Below are positions 9,870 through 19,726 of a stretch of 64,000 bases of DNA, one piece after another. A program made the position numbers and the translations under genes. Under the pieces are notes generated by a model, which worked only from the letters and a program-made list of their open reading frames with translations, had not been told where the DNA came from and did no database searches. The number at the start of each line of letters is the position of its first letter. Position 1 is the stretch's first letter. The DNA comes from Candidatus Latescibacterota bacterium (GTDB lineage Bacteria > Latescibacterota > UBA2968 > UBA8231), in NCBI GenBank assembly GCA_963422735.1, contig OY730476.1, positions 1,952,001 to 2,016,000 on the forward strand, read 5' to 3'.

Positions 9870-9898
9870 ATGATAATCAATGGCCTAAGACGTGTCAA
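9870..9898 (-). promoter_or_regulatory. Sigma70-type promoter for the 9838->1334 operon
   Basis: Minus strand reads TTGACA-N17-TATCAT (-35 at 9893-9898, -10 at 9870-9875). Confidence 0.75.
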
Positions 9899-10120
9899 GA
9901 TATATTAGAGACAGCAGTGGAAACAATGGGTTTATAACGGATAAAACCAATAAATAACAATAGGTTGGGGTTATTCAACCCTCGTTCAACTCTTTGCAAA
10001 TCACCTCTTCCGTGTCTCGACTTCAGTGGTTATCTGAGTGATTGATGACAAAGGCCCCTCTTTTTTGCGCTCGTCGGCTCGAGCTGACTATCTTGAGATA
10101 TGCATCACTATACTATTATC

Positions 10121-10248
10121 ACTGACGTTACGTAGTAGGGACCGAATCGAGCGCAGACCAAAGGATTGTCATTCCCGCGGCAAGTGGGAATCCAGCGGGG
10201 GAGGCGGGGCGCAACCGCACGTTTTGCGGCAAACTGCGTAACATCAGT
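10121..10248. mobile_element. MITE-like element, copy 1 (128 bp)
   Basis: Terminal inverted repeats ACTGACGTTACGTAGT / ACTGCGTAACATCAGT (14/16 match) and an internal palindrome GTCATTCCCGCGGCAAGTGGGAATCCA (10168-10194). A second copy lies at ~58490. Confidence 0.65.
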
Positions 10249-10394
10249 ATATTATATGAATAGCGAAATGTCGACCAAGATGCGCGATTAGCCCGGTCGG
10301 TGTGGACTGGGTTGGGGCGTTCAACTGCCGTCGGCGTCCCTGTTCTGCCCGTCGCAGGCAGCCAAGGGCTTACATTCTTGCGTGGAGGTGTTCG

Positions 10395-13049
10395 ATGATC
10401 AGGTTGTTGTTAGCGGTGTTCGGCGTCGCGTTCGTACTCTGCAATGGCTATGCCGAAGTCAAGCGGTGGCGGATAGGCGACGATGTGCATCCCTGGACTC
10501 TGCGGCCGGTTACCGGTCGCCTTGACTTGGGCCGCAGTTGGGCCGTCGAGCTAATCGCCGACGACGATGGTGACGGACTCATCGACGAAGACCCCGTCGA
10601 GCTAGTTGATAACGACGACGACGGCCAGATCAACGAAGACCCCGTCGATCCGCAAGTCGACAACGACGACGACGGCCAGATCAACGAGGACCCGGCTAAT
10701 ACTCTCGACGACGACGGCGACGGGCTGATCGACGAAGACCCCGTTGAGCTGATCGACAATGATGGCGACGGACTCATTGACGAAGACGGTCCCGACCCGC
10801 AGATCGACAACGACAACGATGCTCTGCTCAACGAGGACGGGCTGTATACTCCCTACGATGACGACTGGGACGGCCAGATCAACGAGGACCCGGCTAATAC
10901 TCTCGACGACGACGGCGACGGGCTGATCGACGAGGATCCGCCGCTGCCCGAACACGGTGGGGGCGTTACCACTTGGCTTCGGCCAGTGCGTCTGGACAGC
11001 CTGCGCAACCTCGCCTACCTGCTCAACCAGCGCTTCAAGGCCGGCGAGTTCGGCGGCATCATCCCCGGGAAGGATTCCCAGCGCCCCTTTATGGTGGTGC
11101 CGAGCGAATACGGCTTCCGCCGCGAGGTCGCCGACCCCATCTCGGCCGACTACTGGGCGGTAGCGGGGGTGATTGACCGCAAAGAGGCCGAAAAGGCTGT
11201 CGATGGCAACCTGAAGACAGACTTCACTTCTACCAAGTATGGCCGCGGTGGGATTGCCGTCAATCTGATGGGCTACTACTATATTAACCGCATCGTCTTC
11301 CGCCCGCAGCCGACCTTGCCTGGCGGCACCATCGCCGACTACTACATCCGCTACGGCGACCAGACCTCCATCAACAGGGACTCTGAGACCATTCAAGCGA
11401 ATCGGACACTAGTTCAAACCGTCCGGGGCCAATTCAACCCAGTGATCAAGGATCTCAGATTCGACCCACCATTTATCTCTGGTCGTATCGACGTGATCTC
11501 AATTGATAAAGAGGGAAAACTCAGCCAGACCGCCGAAGCCGGCTATTTCGGCGACGGCTACAGCATCGATGGGCGGTACACCTCGGCCATCATCGACGTG
11601 GGTACGCCCACCCCGCGCATCCGTCGCTACGACCGCGAGATCGAGCAATTCGCCGGCTCGCAGCGCGATGCCTATGAAAGCCAATTTCTCCTCGATGTTG
11701 TCGGCGATCAAGTCAACTGGGGCAAGGTGCGATGGCGCGGGCATCGCGATGGCCTCGAAGGTGACGTGCGCATCCAGTTCCGCGTTGGCAACACCCTCGA
11801 CACCCACATCTACGCCCGCCGCTTGGGGCCGGGTCTTTCGGACACTCAGGATGAAGACGGCAATCCCCTCGATATGTTTTCTTGGATCAAGCTCCCTGAA
11901 GGCCGCGTCCCCGAGCGCGAATTGCAATACAACGAACTAGGTATTGACTTGGGCAGCGACGGTCCCTTGGGCTGGAGCTTCTGGTCTGCACCTTTCAAGC
12001 TCGAAGACGCCCTCATTGACGAGAGCTTGCCCGAATCCGAGTGGCGCGACGCCGGCGTCCAGCTACCTCTGCCCGGCGGAACTCGCTATATCCAGTTCCG
12101 TATCTTCTTTGACTCCACCCAGCATAGCGCGGCCCTGTTGGACTTCATCGAGTTCGACTACGACGCGCCACTGGTCTCGGGCGGAATCGTCGCCGAAATT
12201 TTCCCTCCGCGCGTCACCTTGGGCGAGGAGACGGCTTTCCGCTACTTTGTCCGCCCGTTTTTCAAAACGGGCGAGGCTACCTCCTTCAATCGGATCGAGA
12301 TCGCCGTGCCCAGCGCGGACACGCGCATCGACACCTTGCGCTTTGACGGTCAAGACTGGACCGAAATCGCCGCTGGCACGGCCGCCGATTCTCTGCGCGA
12401 TGTCCATCCCATCCGCCTCGCTCCAGCAGAAGGCCGCGCCGATAGCTTAGGACAATTTGCCCAGAGCGTAGTCACGGATCTGCTCACCGGCTCGTCCAAA
12501 CTGCACATCAAGCTACCTGCAATGGGTGCCGAGCACTTTCAATTCGACCAGAACATCGAGATCGTCTTCCGCTCCAAGCTCTTCCGTGGCTCAGAGGAGT
12601 TCACCAGTTCGGTGTGGAATGACCAAGGCGGCCCCGGTGCCAAATTCATCCCGCAACCGGCCGAGGATGGGGATGCCACACCCGACATAGCCACCAATGC
12701 CCTCCTCGTGGTCGCCGACGAGATCGACCAAGTCGTCAATATCCCCCACATCGCCCCAAACCCCTTTACCCCCAACGGCGATGGTATTAACGACGAAGTC
12801 ACTTTTTCCTTCGACCTTTTCCTCGTACTCGATCAGGTCGATGTCCAAGTCGAAATCTACGATCTGTCTGGCCTCCGCATCGCCCAGATCCAGACAGACG
12901 GCTCGACTGCAGGCAGCCTCCAAGTCGAGTGGGACGGTCGCGACAGCCAAGGCCAAGTCGCCCCCCCGGGCCTCTATCTCTACCGGCTCGCCATCGATTT
13001 GGACAACACCTCTACTGAGCGCTCGGGAACCCTATCGTTGGCCTATTGA
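10395..13049 (+). CDS. Large secreted protein with acidic Ca-binding-type repeats and C-terminal T9SS type-B/FlgD-Ig-like domain (paralog 1)
   Basis: Start ATG 10395 after GGAGG; signal peptide; 8 D-[DN]-D-x-D-[GA]-x2-[DN]-E-D repeats; C-terminus PNPFTPNGDGIND...YDLSG...WDGRD..G..APPGLY...LAY. Confidence 0.85.
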   Translation: MIRLLLAVFGVAFVLCNGYAEVKRWRIGDDVHPWTLRPVTGRLDLGRSWAVELIADDDGDGLIDEDPVELVDNDDDGQINEDPVDPQVDNDDDGQINEDPANTLDDDGDGLIDEDPVELIDNDGDGLIDEDGPDPQIDNDNDALLNEDGLYTPYDDDWDGQINEDPANTLDDDGDGLIDEDPPLPEHGGGVTTWLRPVRLDSLRNLAYLLNQRFKAGEFGGIIPGKDSQRPFMVVPSEYGFRREVADPISADYWAVAGVIDRKEAEKAVDGNLKTDFTSTKYGRGGIAVNLMGYYYINRIVFRPQPTLPGGTIADYYIRYGDQTSINRDSETIQANRTLVQTVRGQFNPVIKDLRFDPPFISGRIDVISIDKEGKLSQTAEAGYFGDGYSIDGRYTSAIIDVGTPTPRIRRYDREIEQFAGSQRDAYESQFLLDVVGDQVNWGKVRWRGHRDGLEGDVRIQFRVGNTLDTHIYARRLGPGLSDTQDEDGNPLDMFSWIKLPEGRVPERELQYNELGIDLGSDGPLGWSFWSAPFKLEDALIDESLPESEWRDAGVQLPLPGGTRYIQFRIFFDSTQHSAALLDFIEFDYDAPLVSGGIVAEIFPPRVTLGEETAFRYFVRPFFKTGEATSFNRIEIAVPSADTRIDTLRFDGQDWTEIAAGTAADSLRDVHPIRLAPAEGRADSLGQFAQSVVTDLLTGSSKLHIKLPAMGAEHFQFDQNIEIVFRSKLFRGSEEFTSSVWNDQGGPGAKFIPQPAEDGDATPDIATNALLVVADEIDQVVNIPHIAPNPFTPNGDGINDEVTFSFDLFLVLDQVDVQVEIYDLSGLRIAQIQTDGSTAGSLQVEWDGRDSQGQVAPPGLYLYRLAIDLDNTSTERSGTLSLAY
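10560..10940 (+). repeat. Intragenic tandem repeats encoding 8 acidic DxDxDG units
   Basis: Units of ~16-17 codons; includes a perfect 65-bp direct repeat at 10671-10735 and 10869-10933. Confidence 0.9.
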
Positions 13050-13056
13050 CCAAAAT

Positions 13057-13098
13057 GCGCGACTTTGTCCGGTCCTTCGGAACCGGACAAAGTCGCGC
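13057..13098. terminator. Strong intergenic hairpin (terminator or mRNA-stabilising stem)
   Basis: 17-bp perfect stem GCGCGACTTTGTCCGGT / ACCGGACAAAGTCGCGC with a C-TTCG-G containing loop; no U-tract on the + strand. Confidence 0.6.
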
Positions 13099-13145
13099 CG
13101 TGAAACGCTTGCAGGATTTCCCTTTCTCGCCACCATTCTAACGCC

Positions 13146-15242
13146 ATGGCACGCAGCATCCGCTTTTTTTTATGCGTGCTCTTACTAGCCGCCCTTGCAC
13201 TTCGGTTGGGCTATTTGTGGGAACACCGCGCCAGTCCCTTCTTCGATGCGCCCGTAGTTGACGCCCAGACCTTCTTCAAACAGGCACAGGCCCTTGCCAG
13301 CGGCCCGTTCTGGGGAGGGGACGAACCGTATTGGCAGCCCCCTCTCTATATCTACCTGCTAGCGTTCGTTTACTGGCTTCTGCCGGCCTCGTACTTCGTC
13401 GGCATCCGGCTCGTACACGTGGGCCTCGGCGTTCTTTCCTGCCTATTGGTATACGCGTTGGCCCGACACGCCTTTGGCGAGCAGGTCGGTCGCATTGCCG
13501 GCGTCATGGCGGCCTTGTGCGGCTCTTTGCTCTACTTTGAGGGCGAGCTACTGGCCGTACCGGTGGAAGTCTTCCTCAATCTCCTGCTCCTATACAGCCT
13601 GTTACTGGCGTGGAGACGCGATCGCGGGCGCAACTGGGTGTTGGCCGGCTTCATCGCGGGCCTTGCGGCCCTCACTCGCCCCAATATCTTGCTCTTTATC
13701 GCGGCCTTTTGCGCTTGGGCACTGTGGCACCGGCGCACATCTGCATACCGTTCCCTGTTCTTTTTTATCGTTCCCATAGCCTTGGTCATCCTGCCCGTCA
13801 CCTATCGCAACTGGACCATTGAGCCGGACCTCGTCTTCATCTCTTCCAATGCCGGCGTAAACTTCTACCTCGGCAACAACGCCGACTACGAGCGTACGGT
13901 CTCGCTGAGCCCAGGCATGCAGTGGGAGACAGTGATTGCCGAAGCGGCGAACTCAGGGCATGAAACCGCAGCCGCCCTATCTGCCTTTTTTTTTCGCAAA
14001 GCCCTCGATTACATAACCGCGCAGCCCCTCGACTATCTCGGCCTGCTCTGCAAGAAGGGATTCTACTTTTGGAGTGGCCCAGAGACCAAGCGCAACCAAG
14101 ACATATACTACGCCCGCCAACACTCGCGGATTTTGAGTCTCTTGCTCTGGGATTGGCACGTGTCGATTCCCTTCGGCCTGATCGGCCCGCTGAGTTTGCT
14201 CGGCTTAGGACTGAGCATGAGGGGTGAGTGGACGCCGCCGATTGCCTTGCTGCGACTCTACGCTCTCGTGTACACGGCCTCGGTCGTACTCTTCTTTCCG
14301 GCGGCCCGCTACCGTATGCCGGTCGTGCCGGTGCTGATAGCTTTTGCTGCTTTTGCCGCTTTTCAGCTCTATCTAGGCGTACGCCGCAGAGCCTATATCC
14401 GCACCACAGTGCTTGCCCTGCCTCTTGGGGGTCTATTGGTCTTGTGCAACCTCGCCGAGGCCGCGCCGACCGCAGAAGACGCCCAACTCTACTTCGACCT
14501 AGGCGAGGTGCATTTGCGTAAGCGAGACTACGCCCGGTCTGCACGTTACTCGCGCCAAGCACTGGAATTGAACCCGGAGTACAACTACGCCCGCCACAAT
14601 CTGGCCGTTGCGTACTTTCACCAAGAGCACTATGGGGAAAGCGAGCGAGAGGCCCTGCAGACCCTAGCGGAAAATCCCCGACGCGCCGACACTCGTGTAC
14701 TCCTAGGCCGGATTTATCTAGCGACTCATAAGCCGCAGCAGGCCGAAGCGCATCTGCGCCACGCTCTCGAACGATATCCAGAGTCCGGCATGGCCCACTA
14801 CTACTACGGCCGCCTGCTCTACCGCCAAGGACACTACGTTGCGGCCACAACCCACTTGCAGCATGCGCTTTCTTGGCAGCCACAGGACTTCTGGCTGCAC
14901 TACGAACTAGGAAGGGCCTTACAGCAGGCCGGGCAAGCCGAGGCTGCACTCGGCCTGTACCACCAAGCCCTCTCTCTGGAAAGGCGACCCGAGGCCCTAA
15001 ACGCCATCGGTGCCCTGCACCTGCTCGCTGGACGCACACAAGCGGCACGGACGCATTTTCTCCAAGCCCTAGCGCTAGCTCCAGACAACCCAGAAGTCCA
15101 CATCAACCTCGCGCTTATCGAACTCGAACATGGGGACCACGCCGCGGCCATTGATCGGTTGCGCCAAGTCCTTATGCGCGATCCTGATCCGCGTGCGCAG
15201 CGCTTGCTCGACGAGACCTATCGCCGCCTCGAATCGCCATAG
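13146..15242 (+). CDS. GT-C (ArnT/PMT-like) glycosyltransferase with C-terminal TPRs
   Basis: Multiple TM helices, VVDAQT...YWQPPLY, LAALTRPN and RYRMPVVP motifs, then ~250 aa of TPR repeats. Confidence 0.8.
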   Translation: MARSIRFFLCVLLLAALALRLGYLWEHRASPFFDAPVVDAQTFFKQAQALASGPFWGGDEPYWQPPLYIYLLAFVYWLLPASYFVGIRLVHVGLGVLSCLLVYALARHAFGEQVGRIAGVMAALCGSLLYFEGELLAVPVEVFLNLLLLYSLLLAWRRDRGRNWVLAGFIAGLAALTRPNILLFIAAFCAWALWHRRTSAYRSLFFFIVPIALVILPVTYRNWTIEPDLVFISSNAGVNFYLGNNADYERTVSLSPGMQWETVIAEAANSGHETAAALSAFFFRKALDYITAQPLDYLGLLCKKGFYFWSGPETKRNQDIYYARQHSRILSLLLWDWHVSIPFGLIGPLSLLGLGLSMRGEWTPPIALLRLYALVYTASVVLFFPAARYRMPVVPVLIAFAAFAAFQLYLGVRRRAYIRTTVLALPLGGLLVLCNLAEAAPTAEDAQLYFDLGEVHLRKRDYARSARYSRQALELNPEYNYARHNLAVAYFHQEHYGESEREALQTLAENPRRADTRVLLGRIYLATHKPQQAEAHLRHALERYPESGMAHYYYGRLLYRQGHYVAATTHLQHALSWQPQDFWLHYELGRALQQAGQAEAALGLYHQALSLERRPEALNAIGALHLLAGRTQAARTHFLQALALAPDNPEVHINLALIELEHGDHAAAIDRLRQVLMRDPDPRAQRLLDETYRRLESP

Positions 15243-15250
15243 GAGGTTCT

Positions 15251-16882
15251 TTGTCTGGCTACTTCCAAGCTCTCTTGTTCCTTGCTTGTGCGTTGCCCGT
15301 CTCTAGTGCTGGACCGATCTTTACCGATGTGACCCAAGCCGCTGGCATCTCCTTCATCAATGAATCTGGCGGGGCCGACAAGCAGTACATCATCGAAACC
15401 CAATCGGCTGGCTGCGGCTTTTGGGACTACGATAGCGACGGCCAGCTCGACATCTTTCTCACCAGCGGCGTCCGCTCCGACTCGACGACAGGCACCGCGC
15501 TCTATCGCGGGATAGGCCACGGTGCGTTTAGCGATGTGACCGCAGGCTCTGGCACGGAGCTAGGCGGCTGGAATATGGGCGTGGCCTTTGCCGACTACGA
15601 CAGCGACGGCGATACCGACCTCTACCTCACCCGTTGGGGCCGGGACGTGCTTTTGGCTAACGAAAGAGACGGGACCTTCAAAGACGCCACCTCGACCGCG
15701 GGCCTCGGCGCGGCAGGCTGGGGGATCGGCGCGGCCTTTGCCGACTACGACAACGACGGCGATACCGACCTCTATGTCGCCAACTACATAACTTATGAAC
15801 GCGGTGGCCCGCCCTTTTACAACCGTTGGTGTAAGCACAACGGCGTACCCGCCGCCTGTGGCCCAAGCGGAGCCCAAGCTCAACCGGATTTGCTCTATCG
15901 CAACGAAGGCAATGGCACCTTTACTGACGCTAGTCTACAAGCGGGAATTCGCGGCCCGAATTACTACGGCATGGGCGCAGCTTGGTCCGACTTGGATGGC
16001 GACGGAGACCTCGACCTCTACGTCGCCAACGACGGGCATCCCAACAGCCTCTATCGCAATGACGGGGGCCGCTTCGTCAACATCTCGCTGGCGACCGGTA
16101 CGGCGCATAGCGGCGACGGGCGTGCCCAAGCCGGCATGGGCGTCGCCTTGGCCGACTTTGACAACGACCTACAGGTGGATGTTTTCGTGACCAATTTCTC
16201 ACAGGACCACAATACCCTCTACAGCAACGAGGGCAATGGCTTCTTCGCCGACGTCAGCGGACGCGCTGGCCTAGCCGGCAGCAGCCGCCCCTTTATGGGC
16301 TGGGGCACCTTCTTCTTCGACTACGACCACGACGGCTGGCAGGACCTCTTCATCGCCAACGGCCACCTAATGCCAGCCATTGAACGCGCTGGCGGCGGTC
16401 TCCGCTACCGCCAACGCAACCAGCTCTACCGCAACTTAGGCAACGGGCGCTTTCGGGAAATCGCCAACGAGCCGGCTCTTGCCACCGAGCGAGTTAGTCG
16501 CGGCGCAGCCAGTGGCGATTACGACGACGACGGCGACCTCGACATCTTGGTCGCCAATCTCGACGACGTCCCCTCCCTCTTGCGCAACGACGTCGAGGAC
16601 AAGGGCCATTGGCTGCTGTTGACACTGCGCCGGGGACCTACCGAGGCCATCGGCACACACGTGCGGATCCGTGCTGGCGGCCTACATCAGATGCGCGAAG
16701 TGCAGACCGGCTCTAGCTTTCAAGCTCAGAGCGATACGCGCTTGCACTTCGGTTTGGGGCCAGCCACTGCGGCCGATATCGAAGTCACGTGGCCGGGCGG
16801 TGAGCGCCAAGTCTTCCGCGCCGTGCCTGCCAACCACCACTACGCCATTCACCAAGGCGTCAATCGCCTCATGCCGGAGTAG
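15251..16882 (+). CDS. CRTAC1/ASPIC-UnbV family FG-GAP repeat protein
   Basis: Repeated FADYDxDGDxDLY motifs and C-terminal AIG..V.......QMREV..GSSF.AQ....LHFGLG...WP.G; TTG start after AGGAGG. Confidence 0.9.
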   Translation: MSGYFQALLFLACALPVSSAGPIFTDVTQAAGISFINESGGADKQYIIETQSAGCGFWDYDSDGQLDIFLTSGVRSDSTTGTALYRGIGHGAFSDVTAGSGTELGGWNMGVAFADYDSDGDTDLYLTRWGRDVLLANERDGTFKDATSTAGLGAAGWGIGAAFADYDNDGDTDLYVANYITYERGGPPFYNRWCKHNGVPAACGPSGAQAQPDLLYRNEGNGTFTDASLQAGIRGPNYYGMGAAWSDLDGDGDLDLYVANDGHPNSLYRNDGGRFVNISLATGTAHSGDGRAQAGMGVALADFDNDLQVDVFVTNFSQDHNTLYSNEGNGFFADVSGRAGLAGSSRPFMGWGTFFFDYDHDGWQDLFIANGHLMPAIERAGGGLRYRQRNQLYRNLGNGRFREIANEPALATERVSRGAASGDYDDDGDLDILVANLDDVPSLLRNDVEDKGHWLLLTLRRGPTEAIGTHVRIRAGGLHQMREVQTGSSFQAQSDTRLHFGLGPATAADIEVTWPGGERQVFRAVPANHHYAIHQGVNRLMPE

Positions 16883-16891
16883 AATAGAACT

Positions 16892-18226
16892 ATGAGCCTT
16901 GCACTGCTTTTTTTGTTAATATGCACTGCCTGTGCCCGCGAAACACCCGATACAACGCAAGCTCCCACCCCGCCCGCCGACTCAGCGGATCAGACCTTTG
17001 CCGCCGGTCGCGCACTCCAAGTTCGTGGCCTCTTCACCCAAGCCGAGCAGGCCTATCGGCGAGCACTGCAACAATCCCCGGCCAACCCCCAATACCATTA
17101 CTATCTCGGCGTCACATTGCATGCCCAAAGTCGTTTTGCCGAGGCGCAGACCCAATTTGAAAAAGCACTCGAACTAAAACCCGACTACGCCGGCCCTCGC
17201 ATCGCCTTGGGCAAAATGCTCTATGATGTACACGGGAAGGTAGAGGAAGCTCGCCAGTTCCTCACTGAGGCGCTGGAACTGGCTCCCAGTGCTGTCGAAG
17301 CGCACTACATATTAGGCGTAATTCACCAGCGCGAAGGCCAGCTACAAGAGGCCCGCGAAATTTTTGCCGCCATCGCCGCTGCCGACTCCACCCACCTCCA
17401 AGCCCGGCTACAGCTAGGTCTAGTGGACCTAAAGCTAGGCAATTACCAAAAGGCCGAGAGCCAACTGCGCCAAGTCGCGCACCTTAGTCCCCACGAACCA
17501 GCCGCGTTTCTCGGAATCGGGCAGGCTTTGTTGCGTCTGGGCCGCACCGCAGAGGGGCAGCGCGCGCTCGAGCGAGCGCGCGTCTTGGACGAACAAAACG
17601 CCCAACTCAAGCCCCACCAAGACGCGCTGCGCCAGTACCCCGATCAACCTCAAGCCCACTCCAATCTCGCCGCCCTCTACAGCCGCTTTGGGCGTCTCAA
17701 ACTGGCCGTCGAACACTACCGGCAGTCCATTCTCATCGACTCGACCTATGGCTTGGGGTACCAAGGATTGGGCACTCTGCTTCAGCGCCGGGGCAAGGAC
17801 GATTTGGCGACTCGCTATTACCTCGAAGCACTGAGCCACGACTCGACCCTAGCCGAAAGCCACAACAATCTGGGCTTGATATTTCACAAGCAGGGCCAAC
17901 TAGAAAAGGCCCTCAGACGATACGAGCGGGCCATGCAGTTCGCCCCATCTACGGGTTTCTACTACTCCAACCTCGGCAATGCGCACCTCGAAATGGATCA
18001 ATTGGACCAAGCGCAGGCGGCTGTCGAGCGGGCCATCGAACTGGACGCGAAGCTCTATAGTGCCCACATACTGCTCGGCGATATTCACGCCCGCCGCGGC
18101 GAATTCGCACGGGCTATCGCGCTCTGGGAAGGCGTTCCGTCCAGTGGGGCGGCCGGTGAGACTTTACAAGCCAAAATCGCCAAGGCTCGACGGCATCTAT
18201 CCGCGCAAGAGCGCACACCGCGATGA
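16892..18226 (+). CDS. TPR-repeat lipoprotein
   Basis: Lipobox-like CTA|C and TPR repeats throughout. Confidence 0.85.
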   Translation: MSLALLFLLICTACARETPDTTQAPTPPADSADQTFAAGRALQVRGLFTQAEQAYRRALQQSPANPQYHYYLGVTLHAQSRFAEAQTQFEKALELKPDYAGPRIALGKMLYDVHGKVEEARQFLTEALELAPSAVEAHYILGVIHQREGQLQEAREIFAAIAAADSTHLQARLQLGLVDLKLGNYQKAESQLRQVAHLSPHEPAAFLGIGQALLRLGRTAEGQRALERARVLDEQNAQLKPHQDALRQYPDQPQAHSNLAALYSRFGRLKLAVEHYRQSILIDSTYGLGYQGLGTLLQRRGKDDLATRYYLEALSHDSTLAESHNNLGLIFHKQGQLEKALRRYERAMQFAPSTGFYYSNLGNAHLEMDQLDQAQAAVERAIELDAKLYSAHILLGDIHARRGEFARAIALWEGVPSSGAAGETLQAKIAKARRHLSAQERTPR

Positions 18227-19725
18227 GCTTGGCTGTCCCGCTCGCCGCGCTATGGGTATTCTGGGGTGGTTGCGGTGCAGGCTCTGGCCCGGAAGAAGCC
18301 GGCGATCGCTTGGTGCAGGCCGGGCGTTCCTTCGCTGAAGAACATTGCTACGCCGAGGCGCGCCGCGCCTTTGAAAACGCTCTAGCCCTAGACTCGCTCG
18401 ACGCCGCAGCGCACTGTGCATTGGGCGATCTCGACGCCCGGCTCGGGCACGTAGAGCAGGCTATCCAGTCCTACAAAGCCGCGATCGCGGCCGACTCCAC
18501 GTACCATCGTGCCCGACATAATCTAGCTGTTATAGAGGCCGACCGGGGCTACCTGCCCCTAGCCATCGAGCTGCTCGAACACACTCCCACTTATGTCCCT
18601 GCTCTCCGTACCCTGCCCCTTTTTCACGCCAAACAGGGACGCTACGATCTAGCCGAAAAGGGATTGCACACCGCCCTAGCGGCAGGCGGGGAAAACATTG
18701 ACGTGCGGCAACAACTCGGCCGGCTCTATCTGCGCCAAGGGCGCTACGACGAAGCCCGAGCCGCACTCGACCTAGCCCTTGCCCAAGACTCAACCCAAGC
18801 CGAAAGTCACCGTCTGCTGGGTTTGCTGCACCTATCCGAGCGGCGTTACTCGGAGGCGCTGGCGGCCTTCCGCCGCACGCTCGCGCTCGACCCACACCTG
18901 ATCGAGGCCCACTACAACCTTTCTTCGGCTCTTCTGGGCTTGGGACAGCCAACCCAAGCGCAGGCGGCGTTGGCGCGTTTTGAGACCCTCGCTGCTCACG
19001 CCGCCCAAGTCGCGCACTTGCGCCGCCAACTCGACGCCGACCCCAATGACCACGAGACTCGCTTGCAGCTAGCCCATCACTATCGGCAACTGGGCCGAGA
19101 CAATGACGCCCTCACCCACTATCGGGCTGCACTTCTGGCCGATCCGACCAACTTGGATGCCCTAATTCCGCTGAGCGGGTTCTTGTTGGCGCGAGGAAAA
19201 GACCAAGAAGCGCTCGAACTATGCCGCCGAGGCATATCCCGGCACCCAACGGATGTGCGCACCAGCAAGCTCCACTTCACTCGTGGCTATGTCTATGTGC
19301 GACGCCACCAGTATCAAGAAGCCCGCACGGCCTTCGAGCGCGTCCTAGCACTGGATTCGTCCTCGGCCACGGCCTATAACAACCTCGGCCATGTCCAGCT
19401 AAGTTTAGGCGAAGAAGCGGCGGCCCAACGGGCGCTGGAGTCGGCCATTGCCGCCGATTCAACCCTAGCCGATGCCCACTACAATCTCGGCAGCCTGTTC
19501 TTGCAAAAGGGACAGCTAGACCGGGCCCAACGGGCTTATCAAGCGGCGCTTGCGGCCGATTCGACCTTTGCGCGGACCTATTACGCTCTGGCAACCGTGT
19601 ACCAAGCCCAAGGCGCGATCTCGGAAGCACGCCGTTGCTACCAAACCTTTATCGACAAGTGGCAAGGCAACCCAGACTTCTTGCGTCAAGCCCGCGAGCG
19701 GCTCGCCCAACTGTCGAGTCCTTGA
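18223..19725 (+). CDS. TPR-repeat protein, probable lipoprotein
   Basis: WGG|C near the N-terminus, TPR repeats with recurring ADST; ATGA overlap with the upstream gene. Confidence 0.85.
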   Translation: MSLAVPLAALWVFWGGCGAGSGPEEAGDRLVQAGRSFAEEHCYAEARRAFENALALDSLDAAAHCALGDLDARLGHVEQAIQSYKAAIAADSTYHRARHNLAVIEADRGYLPLAIELLEHTPTYVPALRTLPLFHAKQGRYDLAEKGLHTALAAGGENIDVRQQLGRLYLRQGRYDEARAALDLALAQDSTQAESHRLLGLLHLSERRYSEALAAFRRTLALDPHLIEAHYNLSSALLGLGQPTQAQAALARFETLAAHAAQVAHLRRQLDADPNDHETRLQLAHHYRQLGRDNDALTHYRAALLADPTNLDALIPLSGFLLARGKDQEALELCRRGISRHPTDVRTSKLHFTRGYVYVRRHQYQEARTAFERVLALDSSSATAYNNLGHVQLSLGEEAAAQRALESAIAADSTLADAHYNLGSLFLQKGQLDRAQRAYQAALAADSTFARTYYALATVYQAQGAISEARRCYQTFIDKWQGNPDFLRQARERLAQLSSP

Positions 19726-19726
19726 T

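Noticed and set aside
10302-10394. Upstream extensions of ORF-track starts (also 9898, 19550, 25130, 25973, 42924, 48018, 54623, 58499)
   Set aside because: Downstream starts have an RBS, signal peptide or family N-terminus; the extensions overlap promoters, neighbouring genes or the MITE.
10560-10940. Regularly spaced nucleotide repeats resembling a CRISPR array
   Set aside because: They are in-frame coding repeats with synonymous variation inside a long ORF; there are no unique spacers and no cas genes.
12755-13049. Flagellar hook-capping FlgD
   Set aside because: Only the C-terminal Ig-like module resembles FlgD; it sits on large Sec-signal proteins and there are no flagellar genes.
13837-15048. 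Long antisense/alternate-frame ORFs (e.g. 403 aa here; also 25173-25991, 49888-50724, 57738-58538, 62237-63013)
   Set aside because: They are shadows of real genes in GC-rich DNA, with no recognisable motifs.
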